A program made the translations under genes and the position numbers. The notes beneath the pieces were generated by a model. The model worked only from the letters and a program-made list of their open reading frames with translations, made no database searches and was not told the DNA's origin. From Chloropicon primus (taxonomy: Eukaryota), in the NCBI GenBank assembly GCA_023205875.1, contig CP060754.1, positions 558,001 to 622,000 of the forward strand: 64,000 nucleotides of DNA. Reading direction: 5' to 3'. Position 1 is the first letter of the stretch. The number at the start of each line of letters is the position of its first letter. Shown here piece after piece: positions 39,974 to 50,354 of this stretch.

Positions 39974-41460
39974 ATGGACACCGTGGATGTGTCCGATAAT
40001 CGGCTGAAGCAGCCGGCGCAGAGGCATTTGTGAGTGACGAGGACCCGACGAGTTTTTCTTTTCTTCGCGCTCGCAACCCTTGTGACTGACGACTCTTGTC
40101 CACCTCCACCCCCGATGATGATGACGATGATGATGATGATGTTGTTGTTATTGTTGTTGTTATTGATGATGCTGATGACTTGCGACCTCCCAGGGAGAAC
40201 TACAGCACAGAGCCTCCAGCGTCTGCGTATCGGAGCGGCCCGACTTGCCGCGACCTGTACAGCATCGAGTTCAACAACGTGGACCCCAGGTATTCTAACG
40301 TCTTTGCGTGCGTCGGAGGCCAGAAGGTAAGTTCCCACCATCATGATCCGAGCGGCTTCTCTCCCCTCGAGAGCTGGCCTTTCGCGGCACGTATGGTCTT
40401 GGAGAGGGCATGCTGACGCGCGTGATGGAAACTGCAGGTCAAGATCTTCTTGGTGGAGGAGGCCTCCACTCGTGGCGGGGAGGCGGACGAGCCGCTCGCC
40501 AAGCTGGTCCAAGAGTACGTGGACCACCGGGGACTCGTTCACAAGGTTCACCACCAAAGTGGCCAGAGGCGAGACCCGGAGAGGGGCGAGGAGTACTACT
40601 GCTGCGCTTGGTCGGTCGCGAACAACGGGGACCCCCTGCTGTGCTTCGGTGGGAAGCTCGCCATCATCAAGGTCGTGAACTACAAGAGCCGGCGGGTGGT
40701 GAACGCTATGCAGGGGCATGGGAACGAGCTGTTCGAGCTCAAGGGGCACCCCACGAAGCTGGGGATCATCTGCAGCGCCAGCAAGGACCAGTCGGTCAGG
40801 CTCTGGAACGTGCAGACTGGCACGGTGATCATGATCCTGGCGGGCCTCGACGGCCACAAGGCGGACGTCATCACCGCGGACTTCCACCAGCTGAGTGGGG
40901 ACAGGCTCGCTTCCGGGGCGGAGGACCACACCGCGAAGATATGGGATCTGAAGCGGTACGAGGACCTCCTCGACAAGTCATTCAGCTGGGAGGGCCACCC
41001 CTCGACGTTCCCGACGGCCTACATGCAGACCCCCGCTTTCTCCACGAATCCCCACGACCACTACGTCGACTGCGTGTGCTGGTACGGGGACCTGCTGCTC
41101 ACGAAGAGCACGCAGGGGAGCATCATCCTGTGGAAGCCCGAGTACGGCGCCGACGGGACCTGCGACGGGGCCCTGCCCCTGAAGACCTTCAAGATCGACG
41201 ACATCAACATCTTCTTCGTGAGGTTCAGCGTGACGGTGGAGGGCAGCAGGTCCCTGCTGGCCCTCGGGAACTCCCTCGGCAAGGTGTTCATCTGGGACAT
41301 CGAGGCCAAAAGCGCCAACCCCAAGGAGATCGTGCGGCTCAGCGCGGCGACGAGGCAGCCGGGAGTGTCCAAGCTCGTCAGGAGGACCGCCTTCTCCTAC
41401 GGGGGCAGGTACCTGGGTTGCGTCACCGACAACCTCGTGTGCGTGTGGAAATTTCTCTGA
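39974..41460 (+). CDS. FIE: Polycomb PRC2 WD40 subunit FIE/EED/ESC; introns 40030-40193 and 40327-40437
   Basis: VFACVGG, EEYYCCAWS, GHGNELFELKGHP, SASKDQSVRLWNV, HYVDCVCWYGDLLLTKS, FFVRFS and LGNSLGKVFIWD. The start codon is less certain than the rest. Confidence 0.88.
40114..40178 (+). repeat. Compound (GAT)n/(GTT)n microsatellite inside FIE intron 1
   Basis: gatgatgatgacgatgat...gttgttgttattgttgttgtt read directly. Confidence 0.85.
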
Positions 41461-41774
41461 ACACTCCAAAGACAAAGTTTCTGGAAACAACAACACGTCT
41501 CTGCAACTTACAATGTAAACGAAGGAAGCCTTATCGTTGTCCCCAAATCCTTGCTTGCTTGCCGAAAGAAACGCCCGCCTCTTGATCGCGCTCTTTTCTT
41601 TCCATCCCCTCTGTCGTGTTGTAGCACCAGAACGAGAACAACAACTCATGCTCCGTTGTACACATCCCCTCACCAGCCAACAAAAATCTTCACTTCTCAG
41701 AAGGGGAAAACCCACGACCGCCCCTCTAGGTCGGGACGCGACCTAAGAGAGGAGGCCTCCGTTCCGTTCGCGTG

Positions 41775-42694
41775 ATGGCGAGGGCGAAGCTGTTCGGTTC
41801 CTGGGGAGCGGAGGCCGCGGCGGCTTCTCCGGAGGCCGCGGCGGCGCCTTTCAAGTGCCAGGCGTTCTTCATCCGGACGAAGGGGGCGGGTAACACGGAG
41901 AGCTGGCCGCAGCTGCTCACGTGGAGGAGCGCGGGGGGTGGGGTGGGCGGACGGAGCACGACGCTGAGGCGGGACAAGCCTTGCTGCTACATATCGACGG
42001 AGTCCTGGCTGATCGACGGGAGGACCGTCTTCGAGGTGTGCGACAAGGACGACGTGTGGCTCACGTGCGTCCTTTCTCCGGCCGGGAGGGCGTGGACGCT
42101 CGAGTGTAAAATCCGGGAGGACGGCCAGGCGAAGCAGGCCCCGCCGCGCTGGGAGCTGAACATCGAGGTCAGCTTGGTGGGGAAAATTGAGGACTGCCCG
42201 TGCTTCCTGCAGGAGGTGAGTTGGAGTTTTGGGGCGAGCGACGGTTCTGCGCGGTTCTTTTTTTTCGCCACAAAAACAGGGGCTGACCTTTCTTTCCGAA
42301 CTCTCTTTTCTTTGTGAACTCTTCTTTCCCTCCGCCGAACCAGAACGCCGTGACCTCGAGGAGGATCTGCAGGGACAAGGGCCCCGCCCTGTCCCCTCTC
42401 GGGGTCATCAACGAGGACGAGGACGCGAGCGAAAAGTCCACTGGGTTGACGAAGGAGGGTGCCTTCCTGCCGGACTTCTCCGACCGATTCATGGAGACGT
42501 ACAAGTCTCTCGGCGGCACCGGCAGCCTCTCGGAGGGGGAGACCGGAGACATCACGTGGTTCAACGCCGGCCTGAGGATAGGCGTTGGCGTCGGCCTCGG
42601 AATCTGCTTGGGAGCGGGTCTGGGCGCTGGCATCCTGGTGCGGTCGTACCAGGTCACGGCGAACTCTTTGAAGAAGAGGTTTTCTACGCTTTAG
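41775..42694 (+). CDS. At1g01500-like conserved protein with Gly-rich C-terminal TM; intron 42216-42343
   Basis: C-terminus GDITWFNAGLRIGVGVGLGICLGAGLGAGILVRSYQ; upstream STTLRRDK and VFEV. Confidence 0.75.
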
Positions 42695-42930
42695 CTTGTT
42701 AGCGCTACTTTGTTTCTTTTTTGTAATTTCGATTTTGTTAGACCGTTGTTCTCCGTCCCGTCCTCTTCTTCTCTTCCTCCCCCCCTCGCGTTCCCCCACC
42801 CAGAACGCTTCGAGCGAGAGGCCGCCCCGCCACCAGAGAGAGGGCGAGCCGCGACCACCGAGGCCTACAAGAGCGCTCTCTTCTCACGAGGGGAAGGCGT
42901 CGGGTGCAGCGTCTGGTGCAGCGCTGCAGG

Positions 42931-43995
42931 ATGGGGCTCCAGGGTTACGTCGGGACCGGGACGGACGTCCAAAGGATCCGAAGGCAGGAGAAGGAGCGAG
43001 AGGAGGAGAGGCGGAAGTACGAGGAGGCGAGGACTAGGGTCGAGGAGGGGAGCGTGAAGGCGAACGCCTTCAAGGAGTTCGGCAAAGCGACGTCCGAGAC
43101 GCTCGAGCAGGCCTTCCGCAACGAGACCGTGGGGCTCGTGTCCCGCGCAGACTTCGCGTCCAAGCGGGCGGACCTGCAGGAGAGGTACGAGGAGGAGGAG
43201 AGGGAAAGGAAGCGGGCGAGGGAGGAGAAGGTCCTGAAGGAGCGCAGGAGGAAACGGTCGCAGCTGCAGGCCAAGGCCAACAAGCTCTCCTTCGTGGGGG
43301 CGGACGACGACGAGGAGGAGGACGACGAGGGCGGGGGGTCTGGCGGGTACGCGCTCGACCTGTTCCGGCGGTCTCGCGGTGGCGGTGGCGCCAAAGGGCA
43401 GTCGGAGCCGGCGACCACCAACGCGAAGAAGTACTCGAACTACGGGAAGAACCCGGACGCGGCGACGGAGTTCCTCCCGGACGTGGACAGGGACATCGCC
43501 GAGGCCAAGCGCAGGAAGGAGCTGGAGGAGGAGTTCCGGAAGGAGGAGGAGGAGGCGAAGTCCCAGCCCCTGAAGATCGTGTACAGCTACTGGGACGGCG
43601 GAGGCCACAGGAGGGAGGTGACGACGAAGCAGGGCGACACCATTGGAGCCTTTCTGAAGCTGGCCCTGGATCAGCTCGCGCCTGAGTTCCGCCAGGTTCA
43701 AAGCAGCTCGGTCGAGAACTTGATGTACATCAAGGAGGATCTCATCCTCCCGCAGCACATGACGTTCCACGAACTTATCGTGAACAAGGCCCGCGGGAAG
43801 AGCGGACCCTTGTTCGACTTTGGCGTGACCGAGGACGTGAGGCTGAAGCAGGACGCCAGGGTGGAGAAGACCGACTCGCACGCCGGGAAGGTCGTGGAGA
43901 GGCACTGGTACGAGAAGAATAAGCACATCTTCCCGGCTTCCAGGTGGGAGATGTACGACCCTCAGAAGACCTTTGACAAGTACACCATATCCTAA
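42931..43995 (+). CDS. XCT: XAP5 circadian timekeeper / FAM50 protein
   Basis: [43 protein letters not shown] and [15 protein letters not shown]. Confidence 0.95.
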   Translation: MGLQGYVGTGTDVQRIRRQEKEREEERRKYEEARTRVEEGSVKANAFKEFGKATSETLEQAFRNETVGLVSRADFASKRADLQERYEEEERERKRAREEKVLKERRRKRSQLQAKANKLSFVGADDDEEEDDEGGGSGGYALDLFRRSRGGGGAKGQSEPATTNAKKYSNYGKNPDAATEFLPDVDRDIAEAKRRKELEEEFRKEEEEAKSQPLKIVYSYWDGGGHRREVTTKQGDTIGAFLKLALDQLAPEFRQVQSSSVENLMYIKEDLILPQHMTFHELIVNKARGKSGPLFDFGVTEDVRLKQDARVEKTDSHAGKVVERHWYEKNKHIFPASRWEMYDPQKTFDKYTIS

Positions 43996-44136
43996 TAACG
44001 AGGGGTGTTCGGACCTCGTGCCAATATTAGTATTGTATTATAACCGATTGTCCTCCACCTTGCTCAGTGTTACCGTGTTTGCACGCCGAGCCAAGGAAGA
44101 AGCGGGGCCGTGGATCTCGCGCCCAGTCTTCTCCTC

Positions 44137-44485
44137 TCACTGCCAGAACTCGGTTTTCTTTCCCGTCTTCGAAATGGCTTCCAGGACGGCCTGAGGGTCC
44201 AAGTTTCCCTTGACCACGACCTTCTGCGTCTCGAGAGACACCGAGTAATCCTCCACGCCCTCCATCTTCTTGATGATGCGCTCCACGGCGCCGGAGCACC
44301 CTCCGCAAGTCATCGCAACCCTAAGCGTAACCTGCACAAAGAGCACACACACACATACACAAACAAAGAAACGAAAAGCACGCGCGCAGGAAGAAGCGAA
44401 CGGAAGCGGACGCGGTCAGCACTCCGTAGAGACGACTCCCCTCCCATCGCATCACTCCCCTCCTCCCACTCACCTCTGTAGTCAT
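44137..44485 (-). CDS. ATX1: ATX1-like copper chaperone (HMA domain); 12-nt first exon, intron 44332-44473
   Basis: [24 protein letters not shown]...KTGKKTEFW; MxCxxC motif. Confidence 0.92.
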
Positions 44486-44698
44486 CCTCTTTCTCTCTCT
44501 CTCTCTGTGTCGACTCCTCTCTGCTCTCTCTTTCGCTTTCGAGAGCTTTTTCGGAAATTTCCATGTGGCCGTTACGAAATCCCCGGCTGACAGAAGAGAG
44601 CTGAGGTGAGGGACTGGACTGGACTGGACTGACTCTTTCTAGTCGTCGTCGCCGTGTCGTTGTGCAGCAGAGGGGAGAGAGAGGGCGAAGAGGACGCG

Positions 44699-46351
44699 AT
44701 GAACACACTGAGGATTGCGGACGCTCTGGAGAACTTCGGGTCGGGGGGGCACGGGAACGAGGGGGGGGGCGGGGAGTCTGGGGCGGTGCGAGGCACTGGC
44801 CGTGGGTCCGCGTTCCCGAGACAGGACTTCGAGTCGAGCCATGATGCGAAGACGAGGAAGAGGTCGAAATCCTCGGAGTCCTTTTACGCGAACAAGAGGC
44901 CCGAGGGCTTGAGGCCCCTGCAGGAGCGCCCGAACGCGTACCTCGGGCAGAAGCTCTTCACCGCCAAGGTTCAGGACGCGCACCAGAGGCTCGCCAACAG
45001 GAGGTGCGACGTCGTGCCGGGCAGGGCGAACTTTCAGAACTGCATCCCGAGATACCCGACGTCCCCGGACCAGCTCGGCCAGGGGGACGAGGAAATCGCG
45101 CTGCTGAGGAGCAGGGTGCACGTGAACCACACCGATTTCAACCTCGAGTACGACCTCGGCGGGACGATCGGGCAAGGAACCTTCGGCAAGGTGAAGAAGG
45201 CCACGGACAAGGAGAGGGGGGACGTGGTCGCGGTCAAGATGCTGGGTGGCAAGAGCTTCGGGACGAACGAGCTTCGGGCTTTCTTGAACGAGTGCGACAT
45301 CTTGTCCGAGATCGAGCACGCGAACGTGCCCATCCTGCACGGAGTTTACGAGTGCAGCAGGAAGTACACCATGATCATGGAGTACGCCTCGGGGGGCGAG
45401 CTCTTCGAGAGGATTCAGAGCCAGGGTTCCTTCAACGAGGAGGCGGCCGCGAACATTACCCGCCAGCTGCTGAGCGTCTTGCAGTACATTCACGACAAGA
45501 ACATCGCGCACCGCGACTTGAAGCCAGAAAACATTTTGTTCGCGGACTGCGAGAGGGACCTCGCGAAATCGACGGTGAAGCTGATCGACTTTGGCTTCGC
45601 CAAGAGGATGGCGCAGGGGTCCTCGGCATCCGAGGCTTCCAGACCCAAGCCCACCCAGAGCAGCTTTCAGACAAGGCTGGGGTCCCCGAACTACGTCGCG
45701 CCTGAGATTCTCACCTCAAAGATCGGATACGGGGTCGAGGTCGACGTCTGGTCCCTCGGGGTCATCCTGTACATCATGCTGTGCGGCTACTTTCCGTTCT
45801 ACCACGAGAACGAGAGGGAACTCTACCGCCAGATTCGGAAAGGGAGCTTCGACATGCCCTCGGAGGACTGGAGTCACGTGTCGGACGCGGCGAAAGATCT
45901 CGTGAACAGCATGCTGAAGACGGACCCGAGGCTCAGGGCTTCGGCGGCCGACTGCCTCCGCCACCCGTGGATCGCGAAGCCTGGCGTGGCCTCCAAGCAG
46001 CCCTTCCCACAGGCCAGCAGGGACAAGCTGGACGAGTTTCTCGACAGCCAGAAAAAGGTTCCGAAGCTGAAAAAGGTCATGGACAAGGTGCTCAACCCTT
46101 TTCGCCACTCCCCGAAGAAGGGGATCAGCCCTGGCCACCTCGCCGGCGAGGACGCCCGTGCCCGCGCGAGGGGCGGGGGCGAGGTGCTGATGACTGCCAC
46201 GACCGTCGGGGGAGCGTCGACTTCCACGAACGCCACAGAGACGCATAGCAAGGAGAGCATCAGTAGCCCTCTCCACGGTGGCGAGGACGGCTGGAGCACG
46301 CCCAAGTCCACGAGCAAGGGGGGCTGCGCGGGGGGCTGCTGCATACAGTGA
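44699..46351 (+). CDS. CAMK-group Ser/Thr protein kinase without EF-hands; C-terminal Cys cluster
   Basis: GQGTFG, VAVK, HRDLKPEN, DFG, YVAPE and DVWSLG; ends GGCAGGCCIQ*. Confidence 0.92.
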   Translation: MNTLRIADALENFGSGGHGNEGGGGESGAVRGTGRGSAFPRQDFESSHDAKTRKRSKSSESFYANKRPEGLRPLQERPNAYLGQKLFTAKVQDAHQRLANRRCDVVPGRANFQNCIPRYPTSPDQLGQGDEEIALLRSRVHVNHTDFNLEYDLGGTIGQGTFGKVKKATDKERGDVVAVKMLGGKSFGTNELRAFLNECDILSEIEHANVPILHGVYECSRKYTMIMEYASGGELFERIQSQGSFNEEAAANITRQLLSVLQYIHDKNIAHRDLKPENILFADCERDLAKSTVKLIDFGFAKRMAQGSSASEASRPKPTQSSFQTRLGSPNYVAPEILTSKIGYGVEVDVWSLGVILYIMLCGYFPFYHENERELYRQIRKGSFDMPSEDWSHVSDAAKDLVNSMLKTDPRLRASAADCLRHPWIAKPGVASKQPFPQASRDKLDEFLDSQKKVPKLKKVMDKVLNPFRHSPKKGISPGHLAGEDARARARGGGEVLMTATTVGGASTSTNATETHSKESISSPLHGGEDGWSTPKSTSKGGCAGGCCIQ

Positions 46352-46455
46352 CCGTATAAGAAACAGCGATTAAATTACAATCAGTATTTCAGGACTATTT
46401 CAACATGTTTCCCAACCTTAAAGTACATCTATTTGCTTGTTCTTGCCCGCTTCTC

Positions 46456-47526
46456 TCAGAAGATCCCGGCCAGCGTCGCCATTCCGATCATCAGGAACAG
46501 CACCCCTCCCGTCATCTTGAGCACCTTTTCGGACAGATGCTTCGAGAGCATCGCTCCTCCCGCGATAGCGATCAGCGTTGCCGCGAAGTGGCCGACGATG
46601 GAACCCACCGCCACCCCGATGGGGTTTTGCGAAGCCACCAGGGCTATGGTGGCGAACATGGACCTGTCTCCCCACTCTGCGACGAAGATGATGAAGAGCG
46701 TGGAAAGTATGACGCTCATGGCCGACTTGCTCTTCTCCATCACCTGGTCCTCGCCCTTCATGCGCAGGGTCTCCTTGGCGTCCTCGAGCTCCTCCTCGGA
46801 GGAGTCCTTCGCGTCTGACGAGAAGGCGTCTCTCAGGGACTGAACGCCGAACAAGAACAGCAGGACTATCGAGGCGTACTCCGTGATGGGAAAGCTGCTG
46901 TTGAAGAACCCCGGGAGCTTTTGGAACACGTACCCTATGGTCACGGATATCACGCTCATGAGCGACAAGGCGCCCATCGCGCCCGCGAAGACCAGGGCCT
47001 TGGAGTTCTGCGCCGCGAGCAGGGCTGCCAAGAAGAAAGTCTTGTCCCCGATTTCCGACACGAAGATCAGGCTGAAGGCGGAGGTGAACCCGCTGCGTGC
47101 TGCGACCGCGTTGAGGGCCGGAACCTTCCACACCGCGAGCGCAAGCGCGAGAATCAGCACGCCTACCTGCACCGTCCAACCCCCCCAAGCCGGAGGAGGA
47201 GGGGCCCTCTCCATCGAGCCCTCGACCGAGGGCTCGAAGACGTCCCCGCCCTCGACCGAGGTGCTGGTGCTGCCCGCGGACGTCGACGACGCGATCCAGG
47301 ACGACGCGCCCTCGCCGCTCGCCTCCCTGGGCTGCAAGGCCTTGAGGACGTACGCGTTCCAGCGTCTCCTCCAAGTCACGTGAGGCTCGTGATGGACCCC
47401 CGCGAGCCGCTCCCTCAGCGCCGGGCCCTCCGCCTTCCCCGCCACCCGAGCGGCCACCTCGGCCTTCCGCCCGGCCTGCGGAGCCTTTACTCTCCCCGCT
47501 CCCACGCTCAGCGTCGCGCCCTTCAT
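46456..47526 (-). CDS. CMT1: UPF0016/GDT1 Mn2+/Ca2+ transporter, chloroplast CMT1/PAM71-HL type
   Basis: Two E-x-G-D-K/R-T/S motifs (EIGDKTF and EWGDRSM); long transit-peptide-like N-terminus. Confidence 0.88.
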   Translation of the reverse strand: MKGATLSVGAGRVKAPQAGRKAEVAARVAGKAEGPALRERLAGVHHEPHVTWRRRWNAYVLKALQPREASGEGASSWIASSTSAGSTSTSVEGGDVFEPSVEGSMERAPPPPAWGGWTVQVGVLILALALAVWKVPALNAVAARSGFTSAFSLIFVSEIGDKTFFLAALLAAQNSKALVFAGAMGALSLMSVISVTIGYVFQKLPGFFNSSFPITEYASIVLLFLFGVQSLRDAFSSDAKDSSEEELEDAKETLRMKGEDQVMEKSKSAMSVILSTLFIIFVAEWGDRSMFATIALVASQNPIGVAVGSIVGHFAATLIAIAGGAMLSKHLSEKVLKMTGGVLFLMIGMATLAGIF

Positions 47527-47891
47527 CGCAACACAAAGGCAAAGGTCTCTGGGGCCCCAAACAAGGCGACACGGGACTTTTTCGATCCTCCCCGCGCTTT
47601 CGATTCTCGACCGAACGTTTTTGATAAGATTAGGATCATGCATGGATGAGGATGATTATTATTGAGGGGGGGAACCGGGGGCACCTTGGGACCCCCCCAA
47701 GACTGCAGTCTCGCAGGACCACCTCGAGCGTTTGCCCCTTGCGTCATGAGACAAAATGCAGCTCGCTATCCAAAGGAATAAAGGACAATTCGTATTATAC
47801 AACTTTCAGAGAGAGAACGTTTTTCCAATCATCGCTCTCTCAAGAGGGATCAAATCAATCGTATCGTACAAGGAAGGCCTGTTCCGCCCGG

Positions 47892-49643
47892 TCAGAAGGT
47901 GCACACCTTTTTCAGCTTGTGGCTCGCCATGATCCAGTTGTCGAGGGACTCGATGACGTACATGTTGCTGGGGTTTGCCTTCTTCTTGAGGGCCATTTTC
48001 ACCAGGTAGGCCTCCCCCATGAGCGACTTGAGCTGCTGCATGGGGTCCGACGGCCTCGTCGAGTACGGCGTTTCGTATCCCCCCAGGAACATCCCGCCCG
48101 AGTCTCCCGGCATGCTCTGCGCCACCGTGGCCTCGTAGTCCTGCAAGAGCCTCTCCTGGTCGCTCAGCTTCTTCAGGAGCCTCGAGTTCTCGTCCTCGAG
48201 CTCGGAGACCTTGGACCTGAGATGCCTGGCCTCCTCGTCCCCCGTGCCGAAGTTGTGCCCCCGGCTGTGCTGCTTCTTGTGCATCACCCTCCTCGGCTTC
48301 CCGGCTCCCGGCTCCCCGCCCTGCTCGGTCCTCAGGTGGTGGTTCTGCTCCCTCAGCATGCTGTTGGCCTTCCGCAGAGCTTCCGCCTCCTCCTTGAAGG
48401 TCTGGTACAGGGAGCCCTCCTCGTCCTCCCCGGGCCCCTTGGCGTACGGAACAAGCGCGGAACCTCCGCCGCTCGATTCCACGAGCTTGTTCCTCTTTAT
48501 GGACTCCACGTCCTGCAGGACGTTCTTCAGCTGCTCCTCGAGGGCCTTCACCTTGCTGGACGTGGCCTCTTCCCTCGAGCAGGCCTCCTCCACCTTCTTG
48601 TTCGCCTCGATGACCTGCTCGTCCCGCTGCATCAGGGCCTCCTTCATCTTGTGGGCGTACTCCCTCGTCTGGGAGAGGGTCCTCTGGAGCTCCGACTTGT
48701 CGGCCTCCGGGCTGAAGTTGTACTCCCCGCCGTACGCCGGCGGGGGGGGCCTGGGCTCCGTCCTTGGTGGCGCCGGGGCCGGCGTCCGAGGCGCCGGCTT
48801 GGGCTGGGCGGGAACGGACCGTGGCGCCGGCACGGGCGTCGGGGCAGCGGACTGCGGCGTGTACTCGGGCACGGGATCCAGCTGAGGCTTTGGCGTCAGC
48901 TGCTGCTGCTGCTGCTGCGGTGCCGGCGGGGGCGGAATCCCGACCCCCGCCGCCTGCTGGGGGTTCGGGGCCTGGATCTGCTGCTGCTGCTGCCCGGGGT
49001 ACTGCTGCTGCTGCTGGGGCGTGAACTGCGGGAAGATCTGCCCCGGAGGACCGGGCATTCCCGGCATTCCCGGCATTCCCGGCGGCATGCCTGGCATTCC
49101 CTGCGGGGTTGGCATGCCCGGGGGGAAGAAGCCGTTCTGGGGGGGCACGTTCGGCTGCTTCGACTTGGGCGAGAAAAGCTTGCTCAGGGCCTTGAAGGGC
49201 TTCTTGCCCTGGGGCTGCTGTTGCTGGGGCTGGGGCTGGTGCATGGGCATCTGCATCAGGGGCGTCCCCGCGGCGGGGTTCGGCGGACTCTTCAGGTCGT
49301 TGATGTCGAAGCCCTCCTTCTTGAGGACCATCAGCCTGGCCACCTTGGCGTCCACGGCGTCCGAGATGGCCTGGATGAGCTGCGGCGGCCCCCAAACCGT
49401 GATATCCTGCTTCGTCTTCTGCACCGTCTTCACCGTGAAGGTGAAGCACTTGTCGTCCGTGGTGGACCAGGACAGTATCCTGGTGAAGGCGAACTTCCCA
49501 AGCACGCCGTTCTGGTTCTCTATCGTGACCCCCTCCAACCCAATTCTCAGCCGAACCGTCCCCACGCACCTCGTCCCGGAGGGGTCCCGGAACTCGCAGT
49601 CGAAGAGGTCCTCCACGTCCTGCGGCAGAGGTTGGAACATCAT
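47892..49643 (-). CDS. Hypothetical protein: PH/PTB-like N-terminal domain, Pro/Gln-rich linker, coiled coils
   Basis: 583-aa ORF with strong third-position C/G bias; beta-rich N-terminus (FAFTRILSW); PGMPGMP repeats; heptad-like C-terminus. Confidence 0.7.
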   Translation of the reverse strand: MMFQPLPQDVEDLFDCEFRDPSGTRCVGTVRLRIGLEGVTIENQNGVLGKFAFTRILSWSTTDDKCFTFTVKTVQKTKQDITVWGPPQLIQAISDAVDAKVARLMVLKKEGFDINDLKSPPNPAAGTPLMQMPMHQPQPQQQQPQGKKPFKALSKLFSPKSKQPNVPPQNGFFPPGMPTPQGMPGMPPGMPGMPGMPGPPGQIFPQFTPQQQQQYPGQQQQQIQAPNPQQAAGVGIPPPPAPQQQQQQLTPKPQLDPVPEYTPQSAAPTPVPAPRSVPAQPKPAPRTPAPAPPRTEPRPPPPAYGGEYNFSPEADKSELQRTLSQTREYAHKMKEALMQRDEQVIEANKKVEEACSREEATSSKVKALEEQLKNVLQDVESIKRNKLVESSGGGSALVPYAKGPGEDEEGSLYQTFKEEAEALRKANSMLREQNHHLRTEQGGEPGAGKPRRVMHKKQHSRGHNFGTGDEEARHLRSKVSELEDENSRLLKKLSDQERLLQDYEATVAQSMPGDSGGMFLGGYETPYSTRPSDPMQQLKSLMGEAYLVKMALKKKANPSNMYVIESLDNWIMASHKLKKVCTF

Positions 49644-50004
49644 CTTCGTTTCTGCTCTCTATCTATCTATCTGTCCGCCTGGGTCTCTTTCTTTCTGCTG
49701 AACGTTGTTGCTGGAACTCCGAGAGAGAGAGAGTGAAACAATGAGTGAGCGAGCGAGCGAGCGCGAGCACCCCTCCTCCTCGTCCTCCCCGCTTCCGTTC
49801 AATTCTCAGCAAAGCTTGGGTCCTCGTCCTGGGCGTTCGTCGCGAGTCGTCCCAAGTCTTCCTTCGTTCGCGGGGCGCGCAAAGCTTGGGTCCTCCTCCT
49901 CCTTGAAGACCCAAGACAAAGCAAAGTGTTGTCTTGTCTTGGTTTGGGCCTTCCCTGTCAGTTCCCTTGGGGACCAACGGTCCAATCGAATCGTACAGCT
50001 TTTT

Positions 50005-50150
50005 TTTTCCGGAAAACTTGCAGGGATTCCAGAACACCCGACGGCCTCGCCCACGCGCTCTCTCGAACTTTCCATGGGAGGAGGGCCCCCCGGAAATATC
50101 TGGAAATAGGGATGATTTTTTGGAAATATTTGGAAATATTTGGAAATGTG
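50005..50150 (+). promoter_or_regulatory. Heat-shock-element cluster upstream of HSP90
   Basis: TTCcgGAA (50007-14), TTCcaGAA (50027-34) and GAActTTC (50065-72), plus GGAAAT units with GAA at 50093, 50103, 50123, 50133 and 50143. Confidence 0.65.
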
Positions 50151-50354
50151 GAAGATTTGGAGAGATTTACGCCGCCAAAGGGGAAGAAGCCCGGGCGTTT
50201 CGTTCAGTTCAGTCACAACACACTGTGCGCGACCAAGAACGACAAGCAGAGAGAGAGAGAGAGAGAGAGAGAGAAGGGAGTTTGCAGTTTATTGCACGCC
50301 CACAGCACGAGATACCTACCCACCGCACGAAAACCCCAAGAAAGAAGCAAGACC

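Noticed and set aside
50091..50150. TGGAAATATT repeats as a CRISPR-like or telomeric array
   Set aside because: 10-bp units without spacers, no cas genes, eukaryotic context, and not a TTTAGGG-type repeat.
49926..50354. N-terminal extensions in the ORF track (HSP90, also DHFR-TS 34543-34956, 18321-18932, 22196-22630)
   Set aside because: They begin at non-ATG codons or run through promoter and microsatellite sequence; homology starts at the downstream ATG.
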